The position numbers and the translations under genes were made by a program. This document shows positions 54,092 to 63,253 of a DNA stretch of 64,000 nt, piece after piece (within the stretch, counting starts at the first letter, position 1; every line of letters starts with the position of its first letter). Source of the DNA: Chthoniobacterales bacterium (GTDB lineage Bacteria > Verrucomicrobiota > Verrucomicrobiia > Chthoniobacterales > JAFAMB01); contig DATNNZ010000051.1 of the NCBI GenBank assembly GCA_035601575.1, positions 2,148 to 66,147 of the forward strand. The letters are read 5' to 3'. The notes below the pieces were generated by a model that saw only the letters and a program-made list of their open reading frames with translations, was not told the origin of the DNA and searched no databases.

Positions 54092-55200
54092 TGTACTACC
54101 TGTACTACCTGAGTCTGCCCCCGCACGTTATCAATACGGGATTCAACGTATTCCAATATATCTCGTTTCGGGCGGTGTGCGCGGCGATGACGGCATTCCT
54201 GCTGTGCCTGGTCTTCGGAAGCCAAGTGATTCGAAAATTGAGTTCTTTGAAGTTCGGACAGCCGATACGGACAGCGGAAGAAGTTCATCGTCTCAATGAA
54301 TTGCATGGAGCGAAAAAGGGAACACCGACGATGGGCGGAGTGCTTCTCATGGGCTCGGTCGCGGTCTCGACAATGATTTGGGCCCGCTTGGACAACAGTT
54401 TCATTTGGCTCTGCCTGTTTACAATCGTGTCGACCGCCGCGCTCGGATTTGTCGATGACTATCTCAAGGTCACGAAGAAGAAATCGGACGGCGTGCCCGG
54501 CCGGGTAAAACTGTCGTGCCAGTTCTTGCTCGCACTGATCGTCACCGTCTTTTTTCTGTCGAATCCATCACTCGAGATCCAAGCCAAAGAGCTTTTTATC
54601 CCGTTCTTCAAGGAACCGATCATAAATAACCTGGGATGGTTTACTCTCATCTTCTTCGCGTTCGTTATTGTCGGTTGTTCTAATGCAGTCAACCTGACCG
54701 ATGGTCTCGACGGCCTAGCCGCCGGCTGCACGGTTACTGCGGCTTCCACCTATGCGATTTTAGCCTATGCCGCGGGCAACGTTGCCGTTGCTACCTATCT
54801 TGATCTTCCTTACTATCGCCAGAGCTCTGAGTTGACCGTCATGTGTACGGCACTGGCCGGAGCCGGGCTTGGATTTCTTTGGTTCAATTGTCACCCAGCG
54901 CGAGTCTTCATGGGGGACACCGGATCGCTTTCCATTGGCAGTACGCTGGGAGTGGTTTCTATCTGTTGCAAGCAAGAGCTTCTCCTGGCCGTGGTCGGCG
55001 GCGTGTTCGTTATCGAGGCCGTTTCCGTGATCTTGCAGGTCCTTAGCTTTAAAACCCGAGGGAAGAGAGTGCTGCTGATGGCGCCACTCCATCACCATTT
55101 CGAGTTGAAAGGTTGGAAGGAGAACACCGTCATTGTCCGGTTTTGGATCATGTCGCTGATGTTCGCGCTGCTTGGGTTAGCCACGTTGAAGTTGCGATGA
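54076..55200 (+). CDS. mraY: phospho-N-acetylmuramoyl-pentapeptide transferase
   Basis: GTPTMGG, VDDYLKV, NAVNLTDGLDGLA, and HHHFE motifs. Confidence 0.95.
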   Translation: MEVAMMYYLYYLSLPPHVINTGFNVFQYISFRAVCAAMTAFLLCLVFGSQVIRKLSSLKFGQPIRTAEEVHRLNELHGAKKGTPTMGGVLLMGSVAVSTMIWARLDNSFIWLCLFTIVSTAALGFVDDYLKVTKKKSDGVPGRVKLSCQFLLALIVTVFFLSNPSLEIQAKELFIPFFKEPIINNLGWFTLIFFAFVIVGCSNAVNLTDGLDGLAAGCTVTAASTYAILAYAAGNVAVATYLDLPYYRQSSELTVMCTALAGAGLGFLWFNCHPARVFMGDTGSLSIGSTLGVVSICCKQELLLAVVGGVFVIEAVSVILQVLSFKTRGKRVLLMAPLHHHFELKGWKENTVIVRFWIMSLMFALLGLATLKLR

Positions 55201-56519
55201 ATTTCGAGCACAACACCGCGATCGTTTTGGGATTGGGATCGAGTGGAGAAGCAGCGGCCAATCTGCTCCGGCAGGAAGGTTTGGACGTGACGGTGTTGGA
55301 TAGTGTGGAGTCAGATGCATTGATCGAAAAGGCGCGACGACTAAACCAAACCGGTGTCCAAACGATTCTGGGAGAAGCAGCGGAGCGAGCGGATCTTCGC
55401 TCCGAGCTGGTCGTTCTCAGCCCGGGGATTGATCCGCAGGTGGAGTTGGTTCAGAATTTCAGGCGGCGAGGAGCGACATTTACCGGAGAACTGGAGCTAG
55501 CCTATCGCTTTTGCCACAAGCCTATCGTGGCGATTACCGGAACGAATGGCAAAACCACGACCACTCAGCTCATCGAAATGATGTTAAATGATGGTGGGGT
55601 CCGAACGATGGCCTGCGGTAACATTGGAATGCCATTTTCAGAAGCAATTTCGCTTCAGGCCAACATCGATGTTTTCACGGTCGAAGTGAGTTCATTCCAG
55701 CTGGAAACCATTTCGCGATTTCATCCGAAAGTAGCGGTATGGCTAAACTTCACGCCGGATCATCTGGACCGTTACCCGAGCCTGCAGGAATACCATCGGG
55801 CGAAGCTCCGAATTTTCGAACAGCAGGGAAAAGGCGATTTCGCAGTCGTCAATGCCCAAGATTCGTTGCCATCGTTAAAGGCTCAGCGGATATCGTTCAG
55901 CGCCTACAATGAGGCCGCCGACTTGGTCTGCCGCGAGAACGTGATTCATTTCCGAGGTGACCCGATTCTTCATTTAGGAGAGACTCGGCTCGCTGGGCTC
56001 CATAACACCGAGAATCTAATGGCAGCACTAGGGGTAGCGCATGCACTCGGTATTGAGTGGGATGCTGCGATCCCTGGGCTGCGTCGATATCGATTACTAC
56101 CTCACCGGTGCGAAAACGTTGGGGAAGTCGATGGTGTTACCTTTATTAACGATTCCAAGGCTACTAACCTGGACGCGTTAGTTAAAGCGCTGGAATCAGC
56201 GCCGCGACCAGTTGTTCTCATTGCTGGTGGCAAAGATAAAGGATTCGAATTCGATTCAATCGTGGCACTGGTCGAGCGCCAGGTGAAACATGCAGTGTTG
56301 CTAGGGGAGATGGCAGAGCGAATCGCCAAGACTTGGTCAACCCATCTGCCCTGTCACGTCGTACCCACACTTTCTGAGGCCGTGTCGACGGCAAGGCGAC
56401 ACGCTCAGCCGGGAGATACCATCCTTTTTTCCCCGGGTACCTCTTCTTTCGACATGTTCAAGAATTACGCTGATCGCGGAAACCAATTCCGACAACTGGT
56501 GGAGGAACTAACAAGGTGA
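55197..56519 (+). CDS. murD: UDP-N-acetylmuramoylalanine--D-glutamate ligase
   Basis: GLGSSGEAAA Rossmann motif and ITGTNGKTTT. ATGA overlap with the mraY stop; the track ORF starts earlier, at 55113. Confidence 0.92.
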   Translation: MNFEHNTAIVLGLGSSGEAAANLLRQEGLDVTVLDSVESDALIEKARRLNQTGVQTILGEAAERADLRSELVVLSPGIDPQVELVQNFRRRGATFTGELELAYRFCHKPIVAITGTNGKTTTTQLIEMMLNDGGVRTMACGNIGMPFSEAISLQANIDVFTVEVSSFQLETISRFHPKVAVWLNFTPDHLDRYPSLQEYHRAKLRIFEQQGKGDFAVVNAQDSLPSLKAQRISFSAYNEAADLVCRENVIHFRGDPILHLGETRLAGLHNTENLMAALGVAHALGIEWDAAIPGLRRYRLLPHRCENVGEVDGVTFINDSKATNLDALVKALESAPRPVVLIAGGKDKGFEFDSIVALVERQVKHAVLLGEMAERIAKTWSTHLPCHVVPTLSEAVSTARRHAQPGDTILFSPGTSSFDMFKNYADRGNQFRQLVEELTR

Positions 56520-57232
56520 AAATGGTAAAACGAACACTTCGGAAAACGCCAAGGAAGCAATTGCGAGCGGCTGCGCCCCGCGCCGCGGGCAGGTACAGCG
56601 AGGACGAGTACCTGATCGAAGAACCAAATGTAAAATTGTCCCGGGCGTTTGTAGTCGTGCTTCTCTTACACGTGGTGGCGGTTGGCGGCATTTTTGCTTT
56701 CAGTGCGCTCAAAGATCGTCAACAGGCGAATGGTTTACCGAAAGCCGATGGAACTAAACAGAATCCTAATCCGAGCGGGTCAACGATCGCAAGTAAGCCG
56801 ACCAGCAAAGAGCCGGCCGCTCCCCCGGGTGGAACGTATAAGGTTCGCACGGGCGATACTCTCGCAGGAATCGCGGCGCAGTTTGGATTGACTGGCCACG
56901 ATTTGGAACAAGCGAATGGCCTGCGAGCCGGCGCGCCGCTCGCCTTAGGTCGAGAATTGATCATTCCGGAGAAATCAACGACCAGATCGGTTTCGTCTGA
57001 AGTGCAAAAGCTATTGGAATCAAAAGAGAGCAAAAACGTATCGAGCCAGACTTCCAGCGCTGGAACTTCGGAATTGGAGAAGTATTACGTCATCCAGCGC
57101 GGCGACACCCCTGCTTCCATTGCGAAGAAGCTCAAGGTGAACTCGGTCGACCTACTCAAGGTGAACAACATCGAAGACCCAAAAAAACTACAAATCGGAC
57201 AACGACTGCAGATCCCATCTAAGCTCGAATAA
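56516..57232 (+). CDS. bitopic membrane protein with two C-terminal LysM domains
   Basis: Basic N-tail, a TM segment (FVVVLLLHVVAVGGIFAF) and a Pro/Ser/Thr-rich linker. LysM 1 is YKVRTGDTLAGIAAQFG.. and LysM 2 is YVIQRGDTPASIAKKLKV... Confidence 0.85.
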   Translation: MKMVKRTLRKTPRKQLRAAAPRAAGRYSEDEYLIEEPNVKLSRAFVVVLLLHVVAVGGIFAFSALKDRQQANGLPKADGTKQNPNPSGSTIASKPTSKEPAAPPGGTYKVRTGDTLAGIAAQFGLTGHDLEQANGLRAGAPLALGRELIIPEKSTTRSVSSEVQKLLESKESKNVSSQTSSAGTSELEKYYVIQRGDTPASIAKKLKVNSVDLLKVNNIEDPKKLQIGQRLQIPSKLE

Positions 57233-57396
57233 AATAATATCATACTTCCCAGGGTTGGGGCAGACCACATCCCGACTGTGTCCGGCGGCTGCCGGAAGGC
57301 GGCCAAGCTTAATTAGGGGGGCGCCAAACCAGAGCGACGGCGCACGAGGATCCGCCGCCGTTCAGACCGAAAATTTCATCCTTAGGCCCAACTACC

Positions 57397-58542
57397 ATGC
57401 ATAAACAGAGCGCTTATATTTTGTTTCTGGCGGTCGCGGTTCTGGTTTCGATCGGCATTGTGATGTTATTCAGTACCGGTGCATTTGCTCCGGACAGTCA
57501 CGGGGATCAATTTCGATTTTTGAAGAAACAAACCTTTTGGCTCGGAGTCGGTTTTATCGGCGCCGTTGCTTGTACGCTGATTGACTATCATTGGTGGCAG
57601 AAAACCTGGATGGTTTGGCTGACTGGGTCGGTCATTCTGTTGGTTCTCTGCTTTATTCACCCCATCGGTTTGCGCATCAACGGATCTTCCCGATGGATTC
57701 AGGTCGGCGCCTTTACTTTTCAAGCGTCTGAATTGGCAAAGTTTGGTGCGATTGTGTTTATCGGCTGGTGGTTCGCTAAGTTTGAACAAGTTCAACATCG
57801 GTTGCTTCCCGGAATCGTGGTGCCGTTAGCGGTGGTTGCCGTCCTGCTCGGTTTGATTGCCGCCGAGACGGATCTCGGTTCGACCGCGCTGATCGGAATC
57901 ACCGTCCTTTTGATGATGTTTGTAGCCGGCGCCAATTATCGATACTTGGGTCTCATGGTAGCGATTGGCATCGGTGGCGTTCTCAGCTTGGCTTGGCGTA
58001 TTTCGGAACGACAAGGGCGGCTGCTGGCGTTCATCCATCCCGATCAGTACGAGAAGACCGAGGGTCATCAACAATTCATGAGCCTCATTGCTTTTGGTTC
58101 GGGCGGTATCGAAGGTCTGGGGCTGGGAAACGGCCGGCAAAAAATGTCATATTTACCATATGCCCATACCGACTTCATTTTTCCGGTCATCGGCGAGGAG
58201 TTAGGGCTGCGCGTGACACTCGTCATCGTATTTTGTTATCTCTTGATCCTCACCGCCGGCACCCTCATCGCTCTGAATGCTAAAGACCGATTCGGAATGC
58301 TGTTGGGTTTTGGGTGCACTTTCATCGTCGGACTGCAGGCGCTGGTCAATATCGGCGTCACCACTTCACTTCTCCCCAACAAAGGATTACCGCTGCCTTT
58401 CATCAGTTACGGAGGATCGAATCTGTTTTTTTGTCTTATCTTCATCGGTATTTTGATCAATATCTACCGGCAGGGAAAGGAAGAGGGAGGAACTTCGCAG
58501 ACCGCGATGATGGTCCGCGTCCGGCACCTTTCTGAATTTTAG
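57397..58542 (+). CDS. ftsW: SEDS-family peptidoglycan glycosyltransferase FtsW
   Basis: Polytopic protein with QASELAKF, HTDFIF, and LPNKGLPLPFISYGGS motifs. Confidence 0.93.
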   Translation: MHKQSAYILFLAVAVLVSIGIVMLFSTGAFAPDSHGDQFRFLKKQTFWLGVGFIGAVACTLIDYHWWQKTWMVWLTGSVILLVLCFIHPIGLRINGSSRWIQVGAFTFQASELAKFGAIVFIGWWFAKFEQVQHRLLPGIVVPLAVVAVLLGLIAAETDLGSTALIGITVLLMMFVAGANYRYLGLMVAIGIGGVLSLAWRISERQGRLLAFIHPDQYEKTEGHQQFMSLIAFGSGGIEGLGLGNGRQKMSYLPYAHTDFIFPVIGEELGLRVTLVIVFCYLLILTAGTLIALNAKDRFGMLLGFGCTFIVGLQALVNIGVTTSLLPNKGLPLPFISYGGSNLFFCLIFIGILINIYRQGKEEGGTSQTAMMVRVRHLSEF

Positions 58543-58552
58543 ATTCTATTTC

Positions 58553-59638
58553 ATGAAATTTGCGATTGCATGTGGTGGAACCGGTGGTCACCTGTTCCCA
58601 GGGTTAGCTATTGCCGAGCTTCTTCGAGGTCGCGGCCATGAGGTGTTGCTACTTATTTCCGAAAAGCAAATTGACGCAATTGCGGTAAGGGACCGCACTG
58701 ATTTTGAGATCAAAAAGATTGCGTCGGTCGGTATGCCTTCGATTTGGTCGCCACAAATTTTTCCTTTTGCCGTAAAGTTCATCAGCGGCTTTCTCACCTG
58801 CTGGAATCTATTCCGGTCCTGGCGTCCATCGGCCATCTTAGGTATGGGCGGATTCACCTCGACGGCACCAATCCTGGCCGGACGTTTGCTCAAGACGCCT
58901 ACGTTCATTCATGAATCGAACGCGATTCCTGGAAAGGCGAATCGGATCAATGCGAAATTGGCAGATACTGTTCTCTTGGGCTTCGCTGAGTGCCGACAGT
59001 ACTTTCCCGCGAAGCCTGTCCAGGTGACCGGTACGCCAATTCGTACCAGCCTGCGAGGTGCAGTCGATCGCGAGACCGCAACGCGAAATCTTCGACTGAA
59101 ATCTGGACTGCAGACGGTTGCAGTCTTTGGCGGCAGCCAGGGGGCCCATGGTATTAACGAAGCCGTAGTGGCTGCCTTGCATCATTTTGCAATGAAGCCG
59201 GTGCAATTCGTCCACTTGACCGGGCGGGAGGATCACCAGTTCGTTTACGATCGATATCAGAAGGAGGGGATTCCTGCGTTTGTCGCTGCGTTCCACTATC
59301 AGATGGAGGATGTGTATGGAGTGGCGGATCTGATCGTTGCTCGCTCGGGAGCCGCTAGTTTGAGTGAGATCTCGTACTTCGGGTTGCCGGCGATTTTGAT
59401 GCCATACCCGTTTGCGGCCGATAACCACCAGTCTTTGAATGCAGCGATCTTCAGTCGGAATAGCGCCGCTGAAGTTCTTGAAGGAGCCGAGGCGAACGGC
59501 GAAAAGCTTGGCCATCTGATCGACGAACTGCTTTCGGATCTTAAACGGCGGCGTTTGATGGCGGAGAGCATGCGATCAATGGCGATTACCGACGCCGCGG
59601 AAAAAATTGCTGAGCTTCTGGAGGCACAAGCTGGATGA
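58553..59638 (+). CDS. murG: undecaprenyldiphospho-muramoylpentapeptide beta-N-acetylglucosaminyltransferase
   Basis: ACGGTGGHLFPGLAIA N-terminus and ARSGAASLSE. Confidence 0.94.
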   Translation: MKFAIACGGTGGHLFPGLAIAELLRGRGHEVLLLISEKQIDAIAVRDRTDFEIKKIASVGMPSIWSPQIFPFAVKFISGFLTCWNLFRSWRPSAILGMGGFTSTAPILAGRLLKTPTFIHESNAIPGKANRINAKLADTVLLGFAECRQYFPAKPVQVTGTPIRTSLRGAVDRETATRNLRLKSGLQTVAVFGGSQGAHGINEAVVAALHHFAMKPVQFVHLTGREDHQFVYDRYQKEGIPAFVAAFHYQMEDVYGVADLIVARSGAASLSEISYFGLPAILMPYPFAADNHQSLNAAIFSRNSAAEVLEGAEANGEKLGHLIDELLSDLKRRRLMAESMRSMAITDAAEKIAELLEAQAG

Positions 59639-61926
59639 GGACCCGAGAAGAGCTCCAGCAGCTACTGCTTTCGCCGCCCAGAAAGATCCATCTCATTGGG
59701 GTGGCGGGGAGCGGGATGAGTGGAATCGCCGGACTGGTTTTGGCGTTAGGTCATGAAGTAAGCGGAAGCGATCGTGTAAGCTCGTTGGAAACGCGTCGCC
59801 TGGAAGCGGCCGGTCTCAAATTTCACCTTCCGCAAACCGCTGAGACAGTTCACGAAGCAGAACTCGTGATTCACTCTTCTGCGATCCGAGCCGGAAATCC
59901 CGCCTATGACGAGGCGACTCGGCTGGATCTGTGGATGGTTAGACGGGCCGAGGCGTTGGCTGCGATCATGGCAATCCGCGATGGGATAGTGATCGCCGGG
60001 ATGCACGGAAAAACCACCACTTCAGCAATGGCGGCGCATGTGCTGCGGGTGGGTGGCCTGCATCCGTCGCATTATGTTGGGGCAGAGATTCCAATCCTCG
60101 GTACCAATGCGCATTGGGACCCGAACGGACAATACTTCGTAGCGGAAGGGGACGAGAGTGACGGGACGCTTCGGTTTTACCAGCCCAGACACGCGATCAT
60201 TCTCAACGTCGAACTTGAGCACTTGGATTACTACGCGGATCTCGCCGCGATTGATAGCGTGTTTCGCGATTTCATTGCCCAGACTCGTGGGAATATCCTT
60301 TACTGTGCGGATGATCCGCACGCTGCACGATTGTGCCGGGATCTTCCCAATTCGATCAGTTACGGCGAAGATCGGAATTCTGTCTATCGTTTCGATCGGG
60401 TAACCGCAACTGATTTCGGTTCACGCTTCGAGATATGGTACCGTGACACTAAACTTGGTGAGCTCGATCTGGGGGTACCGGGAAAGCATAATGTTAGTAA
60501 TGCGCTGGCGGTCGCCTCACTTGCTACCGAGGTTGGCGTCACGTTCCCCAAAATAGCGGAAGCGCTAGCTTCATTTCGTGGGGCACGACGACGTTTTGAG
60601 GTGAAGCTACAAAATGAAGATTTCTGGGTAGTAGACGATTACGGCCATCATCCGACAGAAATCCGGGAGACTCTGCGCACCGCTCAAGCAATCGGACGAA
60701 AACGAATTGTTGTGATGTTTCAGCCGCATCGCTACTCCCGGACTCGAGCTCTCCGGAACGAGTTTGGTGCGGCGTTCGATTCCGCAGATCTAGTGTTTGT
60801 TACTGATGTTTATGCCGCTAGCGAAGAGCCAATCCCGGGTATTTCCGGAGAGACCATCGTGAGTGCGATTCGCGAGCGCGGGAGGCTTCCGGTCCAGTAC
60901 ATTAGTAGGAGGGAGCGATTACATCGGGCGTTGGCCCGTGCGGCTTGCCCCGGTGATCTCCTATTGAGTCTCGGGGCAGGGGACATTCATGAGGAAGCTT
61001 CCAAGCTGGTCCAAGATTTGGAGATCGCGCGCCAACTGCGCGAGGCGATGGGAGCAGGAGCGGTCACACTGTACGAGCCGATGGCGAACCATACGACTTT
61101 GCGGGTGGGCGGACCGGCTCAGTTCTGGGTTGAACCTCAGACGCATGGCGGATTGGCAAACGCGCTCGGATTTTGCTCGGCCAATCGCTTGCCCGTGATG
61201 ATCGTTGGCCGAGGATCCAATCTGCTGGTGCGTGAGGGCGGAATTCCGGGTGTCGTAATCCATCTCTCGAAAGGGGACTTTTCGGCGGTGAAAATCAACG
61301 ATTGGGAAATTGAGGCTGGTGCCGGAGTTCGCCTGAAACAACTAGTGGGTGCTGCCCGGCAAGCCAGGATTGGAGGATTTGAGTGGATGGAAGGGATTCC
61401 GGGCAGTGTGGGCGGCAGTCTGCGGATGAATGCTGGAGCGATGGGTGCGGAAACGTTTCAGCAGGTCGTGAACGTGCGCGTGGTCAATATGCGAGGGGAG
61501 TTCGAAATTCTGACCCCGGAAATGATGCAAGTGCATTACCGAAATGTTCCGACTCTGCGAGATCGGTTTGTAGTATCGGCCGTCTTTCGGGGTACGCCGG
61601 CCAAGCTTGAAGAAATTGAACAGCGCCTCGATGTCGCCAGCAAAAAAAGACGGAGTACACAACCAATTGCGGCTAGCGCCGGTTGCATTTTCAAGAACCC
61701 AGTTGAATGCCCCGCCGGCAAACTCGTCGAACAGCTCGGACTCAAGAACAAGATGATTGGCGCCGCGCGAGTCTCAGAGATCCATGGAAATTTCATCGTG
61801 AACACAGGCGAAGCGACGGCTGGAGATGTCATCCGCTTGATCTCGGAAATTCAGGCAACAGCCAAAGCCGAGCGCGGAATCGAATTACAGACCGAGGTCC
61901 AAATTGTGGGAGTGGACGATGATTAA
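59635..61926 (+). CDS. murC/murB: fused UDP-N-acetylmuramate--L-alanine ligase (N-terminal) and UDP-N-acetylenolpyruvoylglucosamine reductase (C-terminal)
   Basis: The N-terminal part has HLIGVAGSGMSGIA and GMHGKTTTSAM (MurC). The C-terminal ~290 aa has NHTTLRVGGPA, IVGRGSNLLV, and SAGCIFKNP (MurB). It is one uninterrupted 763-aa ORF. Confidence 0.9.
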   Translation: MRTREELQQLLLSPPRKIHLIGVAGSGMSGIAGLVLALGHEVSGSDRVSSLETRRLEAAGLKFHLPQTAETVHEAELVIHSSAIRAGNPAYDEATRLDLWMVRRAEALAAIMAIRDGIVIAGMHGKTTTSAMAAHVLRVGGLHPSHYVGAEIPILGTNAHWDPNGQYFVAEGDESDGTLRFYQPRHAIILNVELEHLDYYADLAAIDSVFRDFIAQTRGNILYCADDPHAARLCRDLPNSISYGEDRNSVYRFDRVTATDFGSRFEIWYRDTKLGELDLGVPGKHNVSNALAVASLATEVGVTFPKIAEALASFRGARRRFEVKLQNEDFWVVDDYGHHPTEIRETLRTAQAIGRKRIVVMFQPHRYSRTRALRNEFGAAFDSADLVFVTDVYAASEEPIPGISGETIVSAIRERGRLPVQYISRRERLHRALARAACPGDLLLSLGAGDIHEEASKLVQDLEIARQLREAMGAGAVTLYEPMANHTTLRVGGPAQFWVEPQTHGGLANALGFCSANRLPVMIVGRGSNLLVREGGIPGVVIHLSKGDFSAVKINDWEIEAGAGVRLKQLVGAARQARIGGFEWMEGIPGSVGGSLRMNAGAMGAETFQQVVNVRVVNMRGEFEILTPEMMQVHYRNVPTLRDRFVVSAVFRGTPAKLEEIEQRLDVASKKRRSTQPIAASAGCIFKNPVECPAGKLVEQLGLKNKMIGAARVSEIHGNFIVNTGEATAGDVIRLISEIQATAKAERGIELQTEVQIVGVDDD

Positions 61927-62211
61927 ACACTGCCGGTTGGCATCGATTTCAGGTTCCAATGATGGGTTGCTAGCGCGTTCCGGGAAGCGCAAAGCACTGG
62001 GAAGGGCGTTGCCAGCCAGTTCGAATGTTAGTTGGACTAATAAATTACTAATATTTTGTATTTACGCAGTGCAAAGCTTGGACCTTTTGTTGGAATTTGT
62101 TAGGATAAGCAAAACCAGCCTTTCTCAGGCCGGACGTTTTCGCTTCGCACCTATCGAGTTGTTCGTTGCGAGTAAGCGACGGTTTCGGGGAAGGAGCGTG
62201 GCAAACTGGCA

Positions 62212-63252
62212 GTGACAACCCCAAAAAAACCGCGCAAACAAAACCGAAGAACATCGACGTCGTGGCAGCGACGACAACAGCATCTTCTGGATGTAAGGGT
62301 TCGCACGCGAAAAGCGGCCGCTCGCCGAACGCAACAGATCTTTTTTCTTTTCTCGGTGCTGCTGATCGTTGGTTCCTCGATTGCCGGAGTCGTTTTTGGC
62401 GCAAAACGAGCTTTGAATGCCTGGTTTTTCGAGAATGTGGACTACGCCGTACGCAATATTGATGTAACGACTGATGGTAAGCTAACCCGGGATGCGATCC
62501 TGAGAACCGCTGATATCGCCGAGGGGGCCAACATTTTCCAGATCAATCTGCTTCAGCTGCAAGAGCGGCTCCGGAGTTTGCCGCAGGTCGAAGAATCGAG
62601 AGTGCAAAGAGTTCTCCCCAATCGGCTGGTGATCACCATTCAGGAGCGACGACCGGTCGCCTGGGTAGTAGCATCCGATAGCGTCCCGCCGACCTTTGAA
62701 AATGCCTTTCTCGTTGATCGGCGAGGTATCCTGCTTAAGCCGAAAGGTTCTGCTCCGGAATACGCCGGTTTACCAGTGATCTTAGGCGTCGAGACGTCGT
62801 CTTTAGTCGCTGGCCAGGCGCTCGATCGAGAAGAAGTAAAAGCTGCTTTGGAACTGCTTCGGGATGCTGCCGAAATCTTGCAAACTCGATTGCAGATCCA
62901 GAGCATCGACGTTTCCAAGGAATATTGTCTGGTCGTTACTGATAAACAGCGCTCAGTCGTCACGTTCGGTACGGACGATCTGGTTCTGCAACTGAGGCGT
63001 CTCGAGCGGTTAATGAACTATTGCGAAAAAAATAGCAAAGAGCTGCAAACGGTGAACTTGTTGGTGCAGCGCAATATTCCAGTCACATTCGTACAGTCGA
63101 CGGCTCTGGAGCCCGAAGTGGGACCGACTCCTTCGCCGGAACCGGTTAAGCCAAGCGATGCTGCGTCACATCCGCCGGTGAAGACGTCAAAGAACAGTCA
63201 TGGACGAAAGGTCTCCCAACCGAAGAAGACGCCGATGGCTGGGAAATTCTAA
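62212..63252 (+). CDS. ftsQ: cell division protein FtsQ (POTRA domain) with a Pro-rich tail
   Basis: Basic N-tail, a TM segment, then a POTRA-like segment (VRNIDVTTDGKLTRDAIL..). Positioned before ftsA. Confidence 0.8.
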   Translation: MTTPKKPRKQNRRTSTSWQRRQQHLLDVRVRTRKAAARRTQQIFFLFSVLLIVGSSIAGVVFGAKRALNAWFFENVDYAVRNIDVTTDGKLTRDAILRTADIAEGANIFQINLLQLQERLRSLPQVEESRVQRVLPNRLVITIQERRPVAWVVASDSVPPTFENAFLVDRRGILLKPKGSAPEYAGLPVILGVETSSLVAGQALDREEVKAALELLRDAAEILQTRLQIQSIDVSKEYCLVVTDKQRSVVTFGTDDLVLQLRRLERLMNYCEKNSKELQTVNLLVQRNIPVTFVQSTALEPEVGPTPSPEPVKPSDAASHPPVKTSKNSHGRKVSQPKKTPMAGKF

Positions 63253-63253
63253 T

